From NCBI GenBank assembly GCA_963841205.1, contig CAWJCH010000015.1, positions 400,958 to 464,957 of the forward strand: DNA of 64,000 nt, in the 5' to 3' direction. Each line of letters begins with the position of its first letter. Position 1 is the first letter of the stretch. The DNA is from an uncultured Chloroflexia bacterium (GTDB lineage Bacteria; Chloroflexota; Ktedonobacteria; Ktedonobacterales; JADMIN01). A program made the translations under genes and the position numbers. Below, piece by piece: positions 61,863-64,000 of the stretch. The notes under the pieces are model-generated. The model was not told the origin of the DNA. It did not search any database and saw only the letters and a list, made by a program, of their open reading frames with translations.

Positions 61863-62405
61863 TATAGTCCTTCAATCCCCCCGCTTCAATCCTTCCTCCG
61901 AAACGCAAGCCGCCACCACCAAGCGCGGAGTGCCCAATGAACGCACGTCTCACCATACCTTGCGAACCTTCTCGCCCAATCTCCCCCTCGTGGTGAACGG
62001 CTCTACTTCGCGATCCCTTCGCCTCGCGGAGGAAGAGGGAGGGGTTAGCTCCCCCCGGGGCGAGGCGGGGTCCCCCGCCCACTGGAGGGCTAGCCGGGGG
62101 TGAGGAACCCCGACTTCCGCCCTTTTGGCGCCTAACCCTCATGAATCCCCAAAACAAGCCGAGAAAAGCCCGATCGAAACGAAAAAGCGGAAGAAAGCGG
62201 AAATGAGCAACGCGCACACCACCATCGATCCGGGAAACAAAGGCATGCGCGCCTCCACTGTACCCCTCGTTCCGCCGCGCGAATGGGGCGTCTTCCGCCG
62301 TGGAGTAGCCCGAGCCCGCGGGCCGCGAAGCATGGCATCGAGCGAATATCCGCTATTCCTGAGGGTCCTTCCCGAACCCCCGATTTCCGCCCCCCTGACG
62401 CCTGT

Positions 62406-63359
62406 TCACCGTCCCGCGCTCGCCCCATCCAGCCCGCCGGTCGCCTTCACGCCCGCCAGTTCCTGCAGGTTGTTGCGATATTCCAACATGAAATTCCACA
62501 GAGCCGCGGCGGCCGCCGACGGATGGCTCCCCGCCCGCCGCGCCAGATACCAGTGGCGATGCACCGGGAAGCCGAACACGTCCAGCACCACCAGCCGCTT
62601 CGCCCCGATCTCCAGCTCGATCGCACTCAAGGGGATCACGGCGATGCCCAGGTCCGCCGCCACGCCTTGCTTGATTGCCCCGCTGCTGCGCAGCTCCATC
62701 CCCACGTTCAACTTCAGATCGCGCCCCTCGAAAAGCCGTTGCGTGTCGATGCGCGTCCCCGATCCCGCCTCGCGCAGCAGGAACGTCTCGTCACTCAGTT
62801 CCGCCACCGGGATCTCGCGCCGCTCGGCCATCGCATGGCGCGGCGACGCGATCACCACCAGTTCGTTCGGCACGAACTGGGCGACTTCCAGATCGTGCGC
62901 GTCCTCGATCAGCCCCATCACCGCCATGTCGACCTCATTATCGAGCAGCCGCTTCTGCACGGTGAACCGATTGAGCACGTCCAGCGTCAGCTTGATGCCC
63001 GGGAACTCGCGATGGAACGCCCCCAGCACCGGCGGCACCACGTAGATGCCCGCCGTCGTGCTCGCCGCCACCTTCACCGTCCCGCGCCTGCCTCCGCTCA
63101 GCTCCTCCATCACCAGCCGCGTCTCCTCAAGCAAGCCAAAGATCTTCTCGCTATACCCCAGCAGCGCCTCCCCCGCGGCCGTCAGGTGCAGCGTGCGCCC
63201 CACCTTCTCGAAGAGCGGCAGGCCGATGCTCTTCTCCAGCGCCTTCACCTGCAGCGATACCCCCGGCTGGCTCAGGTAAAGCGCCGCCGCCGCGCGGGAA
63301 TAGCTGCCATGTTCCGCCACGGCATGAAAGATGCGAAGTTGGTGAAGGTTAATATCCAT
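62406..63359 (-). CDS. LysR family transcriptional regulator (CbbR/CysL-like)
   Basis: NLHQLRIF..VAEHGSYSRAA..LYLSQPGVS and REAGSGTR. Confidence 0.95.
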   Translation of the reverse strand: MDINLHQLRIFHAVAEHGSYSRAAAALYLSQPGVSLQVKALEKSIGLPLFEKVGRTLHLTAAGEALLGYSEKIFGLLEETRLVMEELSGGRRGTVKVAASTTAGIYVVPPVLGAFHREFPGIKLTLDVLNRFTVQKRLLDNEVDMAVMGLIEDAHDLEVAQFVPNELVVIASPRHAMAERREIPVAELSDETFLLREAGSGTRIDTQRLFEGRDLKLNVGMELRSSGAIKQGVAADLGIAVIPLSAIELEIGAKRLVVLDVFGFPVHRHWYLARRAGSHPSAAAAALWNFMLEYRNNLQELAGVKATGGLDGASAGR

Positions 63360-63373
63360 AAGTGCACCTTATG
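63357..63373. promoter_or_regulatory. LysR-type T-N11-A box
   Basis: CATAAG-TGCAC-CTTATG inverted repeat overlapping the lysR start codon. Confidence 0.6.
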
Positions 63374-63500
63374 CGAAGCATCAGAAACTGTTGTTGTTGA
63401 TTATATCAGACCATGGTACGTTCTTGAGGGTTGTTTCGTGTGCCACGGTCGCGCACTGGTTAGCGTTCGGCACAGCGAGATGAAATGAGGGAGAGCTTGC

Positions 63501-64000
63501 ATGACCACGCTGTTAGGTGATCAGGTAAGTGACGCGCTCGACCGGGGCGCGGACGCAGCACACGTAGGGACCTCCACGGAGCGCACAGGCGCCGCGGCGG
63601 AGCTCGAGGCCACTTGGAAGAAGGACCCGCGCTGGGCGGGCATCACCCGCCCCTACTCGGCGGCGGACGTTGATCGTCTTCGCGGCAGCGTCCAGATCGA
63701 GTATACGCTCGCCCGCCTGGGCGCAGAGCGTCTCTGGCATCTGCTGCACACGCGCCAATACGTCCCGGCACTTGGCGCGCTCACCGGCAACCAGGCCGTC
63801 CAGCAGGTGAAAGCCGGACTCGAAGCGATCTACCTCAGCGGCTGGCAGGTCGCCGCCGATGCGAACCTCGCCGGCCAGATGTACCCCGACCAGAGCCTCT
63901 ACCCCTCCAACAGCGTCCCCTCCGTCGTCAAGCGCATCAACCAGGCGCTCCAGCGCGCCGACCAGATCGCCCACTCCGAGGGCACCGACGACACCCACTG
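63501..64000 (+). CDS. aceA: Isocitrate lyase (runs off the window end; missing from the ORF track)
   Basis: Hand translation gives [48 protein letters not shown]. Confidence 0.95.
   Translation, partial: MTTLLGDQVSDALDRGADAAHVGTSTERTGAAAELEATWKKDPRWAGITRPYSAADVDRLRGSVQIEYTLARLGAERLWHLLHTRQYVPALGALTGNQAVQQVKAGLEAIYLSGWQVAADANLAGQMYPDQSLYPSNSVPSVVKRINQALQRADQIAHSEGTDDTH

Overview
GC-rich bacterial chromosome segment. The 16S sequence and gene content (DUF2298 and TIGR03663 GT-C membrane proteins) suggest Chloroflexota, probably Ktedonobacteria-like; this is an inference. Most of the window is housekeeping and envelope genes: two GT-C glycosyltransferase clusters, nth, pruA, comEA, mobA, an M1 aminopeptidase, fabH, an ECF sigma/anti-sigma pair, rlmD, an amino-acid ABC transporter, coaBC, rnc, rsgA, a LysR regulator and aceA. 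Highlights: (1) A ~5.9 kb integrative element sits in the 3' end of fabH. Its attachment site lies inside its own large serine recombinase gene and in frame with fabH, so integration/excision would swap the C-terminal tails of FabH and the recombinase. The reconstructed attP is a near-perfect inverted repeat centred on an AA dinucleotide. The element's Rep and DUF4331 genes are decayed but the recombinase is intact. (2) An rRNA locus reads 16S-tRNA-Ile-tRNA-Ala-5S-5S with no 23S gene. (3) There are two ORF-less IS200/IS605 mini-elements that appear to keep TnpB guide-RNA scaffolds, plus a tnpB pseudogene element. (4) A candidate structured ncRNA lies between convergent genes. Single-base frameshifts in two host genes may be sequencing errors. 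All family assignments come from motif recognition by eye, not from database searches.
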